The position numbers were made by a program, and so were the translations under genes. A stretch of DNA of 44,776 bases, taken from the sequence record NC_073075. One strand, given 5' to 3'. The notes beneath the pieces were generated by a model that was given only the letters and a program-made list of their open reading frames with translations, was not told the DNA's origin and ran no database searches. Positions within the stretch are counted from its first letter, which is position 1. Every line of letters begins with the position of its first letter. Below, piece by piece: positions 44,700 through 44,776 of this stretch. This stretch comes from Escherichia phage ZCEC10.

Positions 44700-44776
44700 G
44701 CGTCCTGCATCCTGTCGACGGGGGGAATAATAGATTGGTTGCAGGATGGGTGTCAACAACTAATTTCAAAAAAAAA
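44700..44776. repeat. Terminal direct repeat, right copy
   Basis: Exact match to 1..77. Confidence 0.85.
44727..44756 (-). promoter_or_regulatory. Sigma70-like early leftward promoter (TTGACA-18-TATTAT, minus strand) inside the terminal repeat
   Basis: Minus-strand -35 TTGACA at 44751..44756, -10 TATTAT at 44727..44732, spacer containing TGCAACCAAT; identical copy at 28..58. Confidence 0.45.

Noticed and set aside
44531-44700. tRNA-like sequence (GGTTGGGAATCC resembles a T-loop) in the early leader
   Set aside because: No convincing acceptor stem, anticodon arm or CCA-adjacent pairing could be built by eye; more likely a 5' UTR.
1-44776. Temperate lifestyle (integrase, repressor, attachment site)
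   Set aside because: No tyrosine or serine recombinase-like ORF and no CI/Cro-like pair was recognised; gene content fits a virulent phage.

Overview
The window appears to be a complete, circularly closed genome of a tailed siphovirus-type phage, about 44.7 kb, with a 77-bp sequence at 1..77 repeated exactly at 44700..44776 (most likely an assembly overlap of a circularly permuted genome). All calls below are from reading the sequence and ORF translations by eye; no database search was run. Plus strand (235..32315): HTH regulator, primase-polymerase/helicase, small unknown early/middle genes, holin-like proteins and a GH24 endolysin, an Ig-like protein, an HTH-metallophosphoesterase fusion, terminase small and large subunits, portal, head morphogenesis protein, embedded Rz/Rz1-type spanins, scaffold, major capsid, head-tail joining proteins, major tail protein, tail chaperone with a programmed -1 frameshift, tape measure, lambda-like M/L/K/I/J tail tip proteins and a tail fibre with a C-terminal chaperone domain. 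Minus strand (44530..32344): an early leftward operon with a Cas4/RecB-like exonuclease, SSB-like protein, family A DNA polymerase, VRR-NUC nuclease, SNF2 helicase, a short C5-MTase-like protein, Dam methyltransferase, a HAD-like hydrolase and a PD-(D/E)xK nuclease. Two antisense islands interrupt the late operon (13177..14295 and 30183..30401). No integrase, repressor, tRNA or CRISPR array was seen, so the phage is probably virulent; the gene content loosely resembles Jersey/K1G-like siphoviruses (low confidence). Most worth a second look: a twin 175-bp iteron-rich repeat at two distant loci, a 380-bp non-coding gap inside the tail operon with a perfect 30-bp palindrome, the antisense two-gene island in the head module, the HTH-metallophosphoesterase fusion, and a recurrent promoter-associated ATTGGTTGCA motif.
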